Below, in pieces: positions 13,139-25,189 of a DNA stretch of 64,000 bases. Location: contig NC_082722.1 in the NCBI RefSeq assembly GCF_030144855.1, positions 20,088,001 to 20,152,000 on the forward strand, read 5' to 3'. Positions within the stretch are counted from its first letter, which is position 1; each line of letters begins with the position of its first letter. A program made the position numbers and the translations under genes. Under the pieces are notes generated by a model that was not told where the DNA came from, ran no database searches, and worked only from the letters and a program-made list of their open reading frames with translations. The DNA is from Hypanus sabinus (Eukaryota).

Positions 13139-13779
13139 CTCCGAAAGTGTCTCAATGTCATCGTGAACCAGGATTCTCTAATCCTGTTTGTCTTGCCATT
13201 CTCGTTACCAGTATCCCTCATGCATGTTAGCGGCCGTTAATAGAGGGAGTTGCCTTGAAATAAGGGAGGAAAAAATAAATGAGGTTTGCGATGCAGGTAC
13301 ATTACGCAGTGCTACAAGAGTGTGTTGATTTGATCACAACAGTTAAGGAGCATTCAAATATGCCCAGGAAGAGGCAACAAAAAGAGCGATGCAGAACACG
13401 TTCCATCAGATAAATTATGATCATTGGTCGAAAGGCATTATCTGGTGCAGTTCTGGAATTACTTAAGGGTTAAGAATCAATAGCGGGCTGCAGTTAATAT
13501 CATTTAGACGCAGCGAAGCGGGAAGGAGGAGTACATAGAAAACGTCCTGTGCAAATTCGGATCGGCCATTGTGCAATATGTGGAAGTGGTAAATGACTGA
13601 ATGAGAAGGATCCTGATCGGAGAAGACATTGGAGCATTGGAGAAAGCGAATTTGGAGCAGCAACAACGCCAGGTGCAGAGAATAGAAGGGAGAAAATTGG
13701 ACCCAGAATGGGAAATAGAAAACTACGAAAGGTGTACGGGAGAAATTACTGAAAGTTAGAGAAATCAAAGTACATATAG

Positions 13780-14010
13780 GCAGGTTGGAGGCTATCGAGA
13801 CAGATTATAAATCCACATATCAAGTGCCATCTCTTTACGTCCCGTCCACTCACATATCACCTGCGAGCTTATACGCCTTTCCCTCCCATATCTCCTTATT
13901 GTGACTTCTTTCCCCTTACTTTCCAGTCCTGAAGAAGGATCAAACCCCGAAACATCGACTGTTCGTTTTTTCACCATTGATGCCGCATTTCCCACTGAGC
14001 GACGCTAGCA
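13780..14010 (+). mobile_element. Penelope-like 3' UTR/terminal repeat
   Basis: Ends in ttccagtcCTGAAGAaggatcaaaccccGAAAcatcgactg; homologous to 3300-3500. Confidence 0.7.
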
Positions 14011-14168
14011 CGTTGTGGGCTTTCCTCGGGGTATCCGTGATCTGCCGAATTTTTTGTACCCAAGGTATCAACATAGCCTGGATCATTATAAATAATTCAT
14101 CAATAATGATCACTTAATCATTAAATCCTATGAATTTCTGTCATTCAGACAGACCACTCCCATTGGCA

Positions 14169-14223
14169 ATGTTGGTGGATGCAAATGTTTGGTGCGTGGC
14201 TCTTCTCGCCGCGTTTTGGCCAG
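14169..14223 (+). pseudogene. Gene A leader exon MLVDANVWCVALLAAFWP
   Basis: Same 55-nt length as the gene C leader and aligns at the nucleotide level (gtgcgtggctcttctcgcc vs gtacgtggcacttctggct). The phase-1 donor reads G|TTACGC versus A|GTATGC in C. Confidence 0.72.
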
Positions 14224-14384
14224 TTACGCTTAAAATGTTGTGCCCTATCTACGAAACAAATATGTTATAACATTATACATTTGTTACCCGCAGCAAAATT
14301 TGCTATAGCAAATATCCATTTTTCTGTTGATTCTTGGTACAGTGAATGCAACTGTTTTCATCATTTTCACTTATGCTTTGTCAG

Positions 14385-14571
14385 CCTCAAAAGGAACTTC
14401 GGCCAAAATTTGGATTTGCAGACAGCAGAAATCCGTTCAATGTAAAGAAAGGCAGGGGTACATTTAACCTCCTGAATGTGTGAGACACAGACGTCGGCTT
14501 GTATTACTGTCAAGTGAAAAGTCAACAACATATATTCGGAAATGGAAGTGGCTCTCAGCTTATACTCTTAA
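14385..14571 (+). pseudogene. Gene A V exon remnant with J motif
   Basis: Start (gcctcaaaaggaacttcggccaaa) aligns to the C V-exon start. Roughly 119 nt including the B-strand Cys and Trp are missing, then ADSRNPFNVKKGRGTFNLLNV*DTDVGLYYCQVKSQQHIFGNGSGSQLILL; donor A|GCAAGT. Confidence 0.85.
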
Positions 14572-14953
14572 GCAAGTATCTTCGTTCCCTGACGTGGAAA
14601 ATTTTCATCTCTTTGCATTTTAGGAAAAGCCAAGCTTGCGTAAATGTTGTGAAATGGTATTGCTGGTTTAAAATTTGTGCCATTACTTTGCTTACATCTT
14701 TTTTTTAAAAGTAAAGGAAAATATAATGTTATATCTTTTCGGATTGTTCTGTTTATTATTTCGATGTGATTATGGAGATTGGCTTTTGTTCAACTTATTA
14801 CTTGGACCGTTGGTATTTCCAACCATAGCTTTCTTAGGCTTATATCTCTAACAACGCCCCAACCTGTCCCCGCATTGATCTGTTCCTCAACCAGCTCCAA
14901 CGACTTACAGCTTTTGATTAAGCTTTAAAAAGAGGATCAACTGAATCAACAAA

Positions 14954-15236
14954 ATTTTAGACGACGCATTTCATTCTGGTTAGCTACTTCGAGGTCGGGA
15001 GCTGTAGACAAATTGTGTTGAAGGGCAAATTACAAGCCATCTAATTCAAAGCGAAGCATTGCCGAGTGTTAAAACATATCCACCCGTTCTTCTGAACTGA
15101 ACCACCTAATTTTTGACGACGAATTTGATTCGGCTTAACTAGGGAGCTTTAGACAAATTGTGTTGACGTTCAAATCACAAGCAATCTAATCAAAAACGAA
15201 GATTTGCTGAAGTTAACCTACATCCATCCGTTATTC
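14954..15236. repeat. Diverged ~155-bp tandem duplication in the gene A V-C1 intron
   Basis: atttt(a/t)gacgacg...tagacaaattgtgttga...acaagc.atctaat...catccatccgtt occurs at 14954 and 15109. Confidence 0.75.
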
Positions 15237-15476
15237 AGCCTGTTTTTATACTACCGCATCTGGACGTATTTCGCCGATTTCGACCCTGCAGTTGCTTAAA
15301 CGCATAGCTACAAATAATTATAAATAATTAGAAAAAATCGTTCACTCTGCCAAACTCTCGATGAACTTTTGGGAGACGGGGAACATCGAAACACCGTAAT
15401 GAACAATTCAGTAAATTCATAGTGGAATATATTCACCTTCCACCGAATGCACAAAGGCGAACGAACCCACTTCATT

Positions 15477-16219
15477 TTTAAATTTTTTATTAGCTTTTCA
15501 AAACATTTTACAAATTAAAAAAAACCCAAATCCCAATGAGGAACATTAAAACAGTGCAAAATTAAGCATACAATAACAATATACTACAAAGGAAGAGAGT
15601 TTAGCAAAAAAAAAAAACACCCGAATTAAACACAAGTAAGCTTAGGGTCCTCCCCAAGCCCCACAACACAGGAAAAAAACAACAGCAACTCCAGACCAAC
15701 CACAACACAATATAGAGAGGATAAGTCAGGACAGCCAAACTCTCAGACTGTGAATACACTCAGCAACAGAGGATAATAATGCCTTCTACCAGAAAAAAAA
15801 AGGAGCTGAAAGCAAGGGACCGAAAAGAAAAAAAAAACCCTAGTCAAGAGGAAGGTTATGAAAGTACTCGCTAAAAGGTCCCCAGACCTTATGGAACTTT
15901 AGATCCGAAATGAGAACTGAATAATGATTTTTTTCGAGGTCCAAACAGGCCATGATGTCGTTAAGCCATTGAGCATGAGTGGGCGGGGCAACATCTCTCC
16001 ATCTAAGGAGGATCAAGCGTCTAGCCAGGAGAGAGGCAAAGGATAATATTCGGCATTTAGTCGGACCCAGACATAAATCTGTCTCGCCCCAAAAACCGAA
16101 CATAGCAATTAAGGGGTTTGGTTCTAGGTGCTGATTAAGAATACACGATAACGTAGTGAAGACATCTTTCCAGAATTTCTCCAAGCTAGGACAGAACCAG
16201 TACATATGGATGAGAGAGG
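15477..16219 (-). mobile_element. 5'-truncated L1/Tx1-type LINE
   Basis: ORF 15840-16241 has the HMYWFCPSL..FW ORF2 C-terminal motif; A-rich tail near 15480; 14-bp TSD GAACCCACTTCATT at 15463-15476 and 16220-16233. Confidence 0.88.
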
Positions 16220-16670
16220 GAACCCACTTCATTAATGTCAATTACGGGACGTATGCTTAAACCTATACAGTGAAAAAAACAGCTTGATCCGTGTGCTGCT
16301 CCACAATACCGATCCCATTGAAACCAGAATAGTTATGCAGATTCATTGACTCTCATTTTGCGCTCATACAAAATTGACCTACGAGGGCAGAGTTAGGAAC
16401 AACAATAGCCAGTTTGAAGAAGAAATAAACTTAATCTTAGCATGCGGTAAGTCTTGTACGTTTATTTCAAACAGGCATGCGGTCCCCACTTGGCACCAAC
16501 ATACCTGTTTGTCATGTTTACCTGCACCATGAAACAATTAATAAATGAAAAATTCAGGCGATTTCTGACGACCGCAATGATAGCATTGAGAGTGGTAGTG
16601 TGAGACGTAGAATGTGTGCTATCAAATAATGGCTAAATATTCTACGTCGATTGTATTCTTTCTTTTGTAG

Positions 16671-16967
16671 CTCCGCCAACTCCTCTGAAAATCATTCGAG
16701 ATCAAGAAACATCACCTGAAAGCAGGAAACTCATGTGCAAAACTGCAGTATTTTATCCGAAAGAATTAGGCATCTTTTGGCGAGGGAATAAAATAGATTT
16801 TCTAAACAACATAGATACGTCAATAAATAAGACTTCAGAAGGATTTTATGAGGCTTCCAGTACTTTGGAAGATGCACAGCCTGCTCAGGGCAAAAAGGTT
16901 TACACCTGCCTGGTATCTCGGGAAACGCTCAAAATTCCTGCAAGTTTCAGCTATATTATCGAACAAG
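16671..16967 (+). pseudogene. Gene A C1 exon (open frame, donor lost)
   Basis: 297 nt after acceptor TCTTTTGTAG; CKTAVFYPKELGIFW...EGFYEASSTL...YTCLVSRE. Ends GAACAAG|ATAAAA where paralog B has GAACAAG|GTAAGC. Confidence 0.88.
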
Positions 16968-17029
16968 ATAAAACCATAAGCACTTAAAGCATACTTCAAC
17001 CTGAATGAGAATCTGCCTGGAGAGCTGTA

Positions 17030-17668
17030 TGTAAGGGGTTTCTTCTTTATGTTACTGTGTATGTTAATCAAAATGGCTTCTAGTTATGCTTAAAGTAAGA
17101 ATGCATCTTTGTTGTGGTAACTAGTGAGAGAGTGCTTTCTCTCGCAGCTTGTTTGGGTTATAATTACTGATAACGGGAATTGTATTCATAGGTTAACCAA
17201 TTGAGATAGATGCTATCTTTTCTTGTGGGTCTGTAAGCTAGTTTTGCGCGAGCTTTTGGGGAGGTCGAGAGGGAGATCGCGAGGAAGGAGGACGTGTGGG
17301 ACGCGCTCTGGTCGATCACCGAGGTTGGTCCCAGGCGGCGGGTCGAGGAGGTCGCAGAAGATCGAATAGTGGACCGAAGACTTTGATAGTTGTGCTCGAA
17401 CGGTTGTACACCAATTGACTGAAATCTGATACGATTTGGCGCATTTACTTTCTTTTATTTCGTAAATATTGTATCGCTATTGATTATCTAGTTCTAGTAA
17501 GATTTATAAAGTGTATTTTGTAACTGTTCATGGGGTGCGGTCTGATATTGTGTGTGCGAATTTGTACCAGTATGCATTTCACAGCATCCACTTATACGGG
17601 AGACACGGTTTGCCGGGTTGGTGGATTTTTCCTCTAGACATACATCAGCTGATAGTGTGAGCGTTACA
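17030..17668. mobile_element. Solo LTR
   Basis: TGTAA...TTACA termini and TSD TGTA/TGTT. Its flanks join collinearly with the paralogous intron of gene B (33570-33640), which lacks the insert. Confidence 0.7.
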
Positions 17669-17759
17669 TGTTCAAACATGAGAAAGAACATGTGAAATCT
17701 GATTCGTTTTCAACGGGGAAAAGTTAGCGTGTGTACTGTTTGTACATTATTTACAGCCT

Positions 17760-19832
17760 GCAGGGAAATGTGGGGGTCAACCACAAAGGTAGGGCAAGGA
17801 AAGAGATCCTGCTGAGGGATTTAGAACAGCAAGGGACTAACATAAAAAGTAGAACCAAAAAAGTGGTCATCTCTGGATACTACATGAGTCATGCACAAAT
17901 TGGCACAGGGTTAAAAAGATTAGACAGTCAAATGCGTAGCTCAAGAATTGGTGTGGGGGAAGTGGGGTTGAATTCATGGGAAACTAGAACCAGTATTGAG
18001 GAACGAGGGAGCTGTTCCATTCGGACGGGCTCCACCTGAATCGTGATGGGACCTGGCTCCTGGCGAATCGCTTAACTGGAGTTGCGGATAGGGTTTTTAA
18101 ACTAAGTAGCATGGAGGATGGTTTTGATGAACCTGCAAAGGAACACGTTATCTTGGATCCAGCGCTGCACAATGAGACAAGTAAAATTACGACTCTTGTA
18201 GTTAGCGATCCTCTTGAAAGGAGTAATCACAAAAAAATACTTTCTTATACAAATGTAGGGCTTAATAATTCTATCTAAAACCAGTATATTATGCCTAATC
18301 AAGGGAAACGACAAAATAATGAGGGAAGAGGTGTATCGTGAAGACTGGCAACACAGGCTATATAGTGGGACTTTCGAAGAACAGTGGAATACCGTCAAGG
18401 AGATTTTCCACGATGCTCAATAACAGTATATTCCAATTAAGTGCAAGGGCAGTAAGGGAACACCAGTGCCAGCCGTGGATAACAAAGGAACTAAAAGAAG
18501 TCGTCAAACTAAAAGCTCGTGCATACAAAGTCGCCACGAGTAGTAGGAAACTGGAAGACTGGGTATACTTTACAAATCAGCAAAGAACCAATAAGCAAGC
18601 AATGAAGAAAGGGATGGTAGATTATGAAAATAACCCAGTATAAAATTTTAAAAGGGACAGTAAACATTTTTATAATTATATAAAGCGGTGACCAAAGTGA
18701 ACGTCGGTCCCTTGGAGGACGGGAAGGGGAATTGATATTGGATAATGTGCAATTGACCGAGGCTTTGAATGACTATTTTCTGTCGCGTTTCACAGTGGAG
18801 GTCACGTCTAACTTGCCGAAGAGGGATAATATAGTTGCAGTAGGAGGTGAGGTTCTCAGTACAATAGCCATCACTTAAGGGGAAGTGCTGTGTAGTCTTG
18901 TGGGTCAAAAGATCGACAAATCTCAATTTACTAAACGAAACAGCAGAGGTTATAGTTGGGCTTTGGTGATAATTTACCAAAATTCTCTGGACTCTGTGCA
19001 GCTCCCGGCGGATTGGAAGAAAGCGAATCATATTCGCCACTGTTCAATAAAAGATGTAAACAAAAGGCAAGTAAATATAGGCCAGTTAATTAACATCTGT
19101 ATTTGTGAAAATGCTTGAAGCAGTCATTAAATGAGAAATAGCAAATTATCTCAAAATAAGTAGATCCTTCAGACAGACGCAGCATGAGTGAAGGAAAGGC
19201 AGGTCCTGTTTGACAAACGTACTGGAGTTTTTGATGATAAAATAATCGCATGGAGCAAAGGGGAACAGATGGACTTATATACTTGGATTTACAGAAGACG
19301 TTCGATAAAGTGCCACATAAAAGACGTATCCATAAGATAACAATTCATAGAGTTGCGGGTGATGTACTTGCATGCATAGAGACTCCGCTGGCAAATAAAT
19401 AACAGGGAGTTGGGATACATCACTGGTGAGCGGTGTATCGAAGATTGCTGATGACACTAAATTGATTGGACAAACAAACTGTGCAGAGGATATAGATAGT
19501 CTGCAGAGAGATATAGCTATGTTAAATGAGTGGGCAAGATTCTGGCAAATGGAATACAATGTGGGTAAATGCGAGGTCATCTACTTTGGAAGAAAAATGG
19601 AAGATCAGATTATTATTTAAATGGTAAAAGGTTGCAGCATACTTCTTAGCTGGGAGTGTTTGTGCATGCATCGCAAAAGTTTGGTGTGCAGTTGCAGCAG
19701 GCTATCAAGAAGTCAAATAGAATGCTGGCCTTCATTGCTAGAGGGATGCAATTTGAAGCAAGGAGGTTATGCTACAAAAGTATAGGGGACTGATGAGGAT
19801 GCATCCAGAGTACTGCTTGCAGTTCTGGTCTT
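17760..19832 (+). mobile_element. Old CR1 LINE (esterase end, EN, RT), continued at 23496-23640
   Basis: DGLHLN esterase motif at 18025, RT motifs (SKIADDTKLIG). Interrupted by a younger CR1; shares its 5' truncation point with the CR1 at 31110-33520. Confidence 0.8.
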
Positions 19833-22800
19833 AGACAATAGACAATAGACAATAGACAATAGGTGCAGAAGTAGACCATTCGGCCCCTCGAGTCTGCACC
19901 GCCATTCGGAGATCATGGCTGATCATTCACTATCAATACCCAGTCCCTGCCTTGTCCCCATATCCCTTGATTCCCCTATCCATCAGATATCTATCCAGCT
20001 CCTTCTTGAAAGCATCCAGAAAATTGGCCTCCACCGTCTTCCGAGGCAGTGCATTCCACCCCTCCACAACCCTCTGGGAGAAGAAGCTCTTCCTCAACTC
20101 TGTTTTAAATAACTGACCTCTTATTCTCAATCCATGCCCTCTGGTATTGGACTCTCCCAACATCTGGAACATATTTCCTGCCTCAATCCTATCAATTCCT
20201 CTAATTATCTTAAACGTTTCAATCAGATCCCCTCTCAATCTCCTCAATTCCAGCGTGTACAAGCCCAGTCTCTCCAATCTCTCTGCGTAAGACAGCCCTG
20301 CCATCCCAGGAATCAACCGAGTGAATCTACGCTGCACTTCCTCAATTGCCAGAATGTCCTTCCTTAAACCTGGAGACCAAAACTGTACACAATATTCCAG
20401 GTGTGGTCTCACCAGTGCTCTGTACAAATGCAAAAGAACATCTTTGCTCTTGTATTGAATTCCCCTTGTAACAAAGGCCAACATTCCATTTGCCCTCTTC
20501 ACTGCCTGTTGCACTTGCTCATTCACCTTCATTGACTGGTGAACTAGGACTCCTAGGTCTCTTTGTATTTCTCCCTTACCTAACTCGACACCGTTCAGAC
20601 AATACTCTGCCCTCTTGTTCCAGCTTCCAAAGTGGATAACTTCACATTTATTCACATTGAATGACATCTGCCAAGTATCTGCCCACTCACTCAGCCTATC
20701 CAAGTCTCCCTGTATTCTCCTAACGTCCTCTTCGCATGTCACACTGCCACCCAGTTTAGTATCGTCAGTAAACTTGCTGATATAGTTTTCAATGTCCTCA
20801 TCTAAATCATTGACATAAATCGTAAAGAGCTGTGGTCCCAATACAGAGCCCTGTGGTACCCCACTAGTCACCTCCAGCCAATCTGAGAAACACCCATTCA
20901 CTGCTACCCTTTGCTTCCTATCTGCCAACCAGTTTTCTATCCATGTTGAAACCCTGCCCCCAAAGCCATGAGCTCTGATTTTACTCACCAATCTCCTATG
21001 TGGCACCTTATCGAATGCCTTCTGAAAATCTAGGTACACAACATCTACTGGCTTACCCTCGTCTAACATCCTTGTTACACCCTCAAAAAACTCCAACAGA
21101 TTAGTCAAGCTTGATTTGCCCTTGGTAAATCAATGCTGGATCGGCCTAATCCTATTTCTGCCATCTAGATGTGCCACTATTTCGTCCTTAATAATGGACT
21201 CAAGCATCTTCCCCACGACTGACGTTAGGCTAACAGGGCGATAGTTCTCCGTTTTCTCCTTCCCTCCCTTCTTGAAAAGTGGGACAACATTAGCCACTCT
21301 CCAATCTTCAGGAACTGATCCTGAATCTAAGGAACATTGGAAAATGATTACCAATGCATCCGCAATTTCCTGAGCCACCTCTTTTAGAACCCTCGGATGC
21401 AGACCATCTGGACCCGGGGATTTATTAGCCTTCAGTCCTACCAGTCTACTCATCACAGTTTCTTTCCAAATATCAATCTGTCTCAATTCCTCTGATATCT
21501 TATGACCCTGGCCCATCCATACATCTGGGAGATTGCTTGTGAAGACAGATCTAAAGTATGCATTAAATTCTGTTGCCATTTCCCTGTTTCCCATAACAAT
21601 TTCTCCCAATTCATTCTTCAAGGGGCCAACATTGTTCTTAACTATCTTCTTTCTCTTCACATAGCTAAAAAAGGCTTTTGCTATCCCCTTTTATATTCCT
21701 GGCTAGACTGAGCTAATACCTGATTTATTCTCTCCGTATTGCTTTTTTTTGTTAAGATCTGCTGTTCCTTAAAACTTTCCCAATCATCTTAGCCCAGTCA
21801 TACTTCTTTTTCTTTAATGCTATACAATCTCTGACTTCCTTTGTCAACCACTGTGGCCCCTTCCCCCTCTTAGAATCCTTCCTTCTCATTGGAATGAACT
21901 GCATTTGCATCTTTTGTATTATGCCCAAGAATATCTGCCACTGCTGATCCACTATCTTTCCTGCCAGGGCATCCGCCCATTTAACTTTGGCCAGCTCTTC
22001 CCTCATGGCTCCGTAGTCTCCTTTATTTAATTGCAACACTGACACCTCTGATCTGCCCTTATCCCTCTCAAGTTGTAGATAAAAACTTATCATGTTATGA
22101 TCAGTACTTCCTAATGGCTCCTTTACTTCAAGATCACTTATCAATTCCTGTGCATTACACATCACCACGTCCAAAATAGCCTCGTTCCTGGTTGGCTCAA
22201 GCACAAGCTGTTCCAAAAATACATCCCTTAGACACTCCACAAACTCCCTATCCTGGGGTCCAGCACCTACCTGATTCTCCCAGTCCACCTGCATGTTGAA
22301 ATCTCCCATAACGACTGCATTACCTTTAGCACATGCCAATGTTAACACCCTAATCAACTTGTACCCAATATCCACGCTACTGTTTGGGGGCCTGTACACA
22401 ACACCCATTAGGGTCTTTTTACCCTTACTGTTCCTCAGCTCTATCCACACAGACTCTACTTCTCCTGTTCCCATGTCACCTCTTGCTAAGGACTGAATCT
22501 CATTCCTCAACAACAGGGCCACCCCACCCCCTCTTCCCATATTTCTGTCTCTACGATAGCACGTATACCCTGGTACACTCAATTCCCAGGCCTGATCCCC
22601 TTGCAGCCATGTCTCCGTTATCCCAACAATATCGTAGTTCCCCATTTTCATCTGAGCTTCAAGCTCATCTGTCTTATTTCTGACACTACGCGCATTCAAG
22701 TATAGAATTCTTAGCCCATTCCTCCTCTCTTTGCTTAAAACACTGTCTACTGTACCTATCCCAGCTCCTTGAACTTCCATCGGGCAAATTGCACCCTGAA

Positions 22801-23495
22801 TTTTGATGACCTTCTCAAGATCACCCAAACCTTGTACACATTTAACCCCATGCACCTTCTGACCAACCATCTGGATCTGGATCCCTGCCGCCTGCACATC
22901 TAGTTTAAACCCCCCCCCCCCCCAAGCAGCACTGGCAAATACTCCTGCAAGAATGTTAGTACCCCTCCGGTTCAGATGTAGACCATCCCTTCGAAACAGA
23001 TCCCAATGTCCCTGGAACAAAGACCAATTATCCAAAAACCTGAACCCTTCCTTCCTGCACCATGCTCTCAGCCTCGTATTAATGTGCATAATCATTCTAT
23101 TCTTCGTCTCACTCGCACGTGGCACAGGTAGCAATCCCGAGATTGTCACCCTGGAGGTCCTGCCTTTCAGCTTCACTCCTAACTCCCTGAACTCTCTAAG
23201 CAGGACCCCCTGACTCACCTTACCTACATCATTGGTCCCTACATGGACCACTACATCTGTGTTCATGCCCTCACTCTCAAGAATAGCCTGCACCCGATCT
23301 GAGATGTCCCGGACCCTGGCACCAGGGAGGCAACATACCATCCGAGACTCCCGATCTGCCCCACAAAATCTTCTATCTGCCCCCCTAACTATAGAGTCCC
23401 CTAAAACTATCGCTCTATTCTCTTCCCTCCTCCCCTTTCTAGTTGAGGGTTCAACCTCTGTGCCAGAGGCAGGACCACTACAACTCATCTTACAA
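19833..23495 (-). mobile_element. Young 5'-truncated CR1 LINE nested in the older CR1
   Basis: ORF 21752-23488 has an SGNH esterase (GDSIVRG, GTND, DGLH) plus an APE endonuclease (YLNARS, TETW, GDFN, DHN). ORFs 21130-21660 and 19933-21108 carry RT (DFQKAFD, PQGSVLGP, FTDD). (TTGTCTA)4 tail; TSD GTCTT at 19828-19832 and 23496-23500. Confidence 0.95.
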
Positions 23496-24674
23496 GTCTT
23501 CTTACTTAAGGAAGGATATACGGGAGGCAGTGCAGAGGACGTTCATCAGGTTGATTCCAGAGATGAAAGGAGAGTTTCAGTCGCCTGGGACTGTATTCGA
23601 TGGAATTCGCTGGATAAAACATGAAACCTTGAATAACATTTCAATGAGGGTCAGTGGGGATACATCGCCCTACCTCCTGCATGACACTATGCATTCAAAT
23701 TTGTAAATACATCACTGTTCCGATATTGATGTAGAGTTAACGGAAGTCTTAGCCAACAGGATAGTCAAATGCCATCTTCTCAGCCTAACGCGACGGCAGA
23801 ATTAAGTTTTGCCTCAAGAGGTGCTAACATTACTCACTGCTATTTTCCTTAAGTTACACAGTGCTTTACCATGAAATTTTACAACTGAATTACATTCTCC
23901 TATTTAACGGATTCCCTGTGGGTTGGAAGTCAGTTTGTCAGCTCCATTTTTCAGATTGTGAAAGTAATATCAAAATCGAGCGTCCAGTGACTAACTGAAT
24001 CAAACTATTGTAAAATAAACTAGTGATGCATTCATCAGTTATCAATTTCAGATTGATATCGCTTTACACAAAAGTTATGTCCGCGTTCTTCAAGATTTCC
24101 CTTTTTGATTCATATAGAATTTGAACGGCAGGAGCCTGTCTTGTCCACAGATGAAGGAACGCTTCTTTCCTTACTTAAGATGAATTTTCACAATATCTAA
24201 TTAGGAGAGTAGAGAATCCAGTGAAGTAGTAGTCATGTTACTAAATGTTTGGCTAACTCACAATACAAGAGCCAGTTTCTGTTATTTCTGTCTGATTTCC
24301 GCAGGCTGAGCTATCTACTAAGCGCCCAGATGGTTGTTACACTACAATCAAAATTTAACTTGAACTTGAGCTTCCCGCGAGAGGACATTACGAAATTGTG
24401 ATGATATTTCGTCGGCGACACAGTTGTTCTGCAGCTGACGTATATGGATTAGAGCAGATTTGTGATTCACTTTAAATTGATATTGCTGACGTTCTTTTGA
24501 AAGTGAAAATATGTAGATTGATAGGGTAAGAAAGAAATTCTCCCGTCTGTCACAATGTCCACTATGTTTATTCTTATCTTTCCCTATTATTTCAGCCGTC
24601 GCTCTTTAGTCTCCCTACAGTTGATACGGTAAATAAGCCAGTGAGCATGCATCCGTTTTTCAGCTTCTTGCTTC

Positions 24675-24828
24675 TTATGTAAGGTTCACATCTGCGTACG
24701 CTGAATCCTTGTTGCCGCGCTTAAATGCCTATATTTTATTGTTTGCAAGCTGCAGAACGGCATATGTCAGCATCTCTGCCACGTCGAGTCTATGGAAGTA
24801 ATTCAATATCGACTCTTTGTCAATTGTC
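24675..24828 (-). pseudogene. Gene B cytoplasmic exon with two ITIMs split by a stop
   Basis: Not in the ORF track. After a strong poly-T GCAG acceptor it reads TIDKESILNYFHRLDVAEMLTYAVLQLANNKI*AFKRGNKDSAYADVNLT*. LTYAVL and SAYADV are ITIMs; the in-frame TAG is at 24729-24731. Confidence 0.75.
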
Positions 24829-25189
24829 CTGCAAAAAAAAAAAGCGAAGCGATACATTTTAGGATACAATTGTAATGTATTTAATAGTTTTCATTTTTAG
24901 GTTACTGCCATTTAAAACAGTTGGTACTGAAAGAAGCAAAAAAGAAACCGGTGTTTCTTTGTTCTTCACTGAAGTTTGGTTGCCATGTTTTACATTATTG
25001 TATACGGTGTTATTTTACACTGAAACGAAGCTGCTTTCGGTCTCAGGCTGCTTACGGAGGACGGAGAGGAGGGCTGATCCCTCGACATGTAGCACTCCGG
25101 CCCACCGCTGTGTGTACACGGCCTGATGCTAATGAACCAAATACCTAGCTATGGGTAAATGCTTCTAGTGCATTGCGGATAGCCTCGGA

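Larger units (their letters stand above)
14169..16967 (+). pseudogene. Gene A: pseudogene paralog of gene C (leader, V, C1; no TM or tail found)
   Basis: Leader, V and C1 exons all align to gene C. Lesions: damaged leader donor, internal V deletion, TGA at 14481, GC donor after V, AT instead of GT after C1. Confidence 0.87.

Noticed and set aside
8429-23706. Short ORFs antisense to Gypsy or CR1 coding regions (e.g. 8429, 8911, 10648, 22293, 23232)
   Set aside because: Shadow ORFs of transposon coding sequence with no independent motifs.
24596-24630. Short plus-strand AG...GT exon candidate as a gene A downstream exon
   Set aside because: Contains a stop in the required phase and has no TM or tail similarity.
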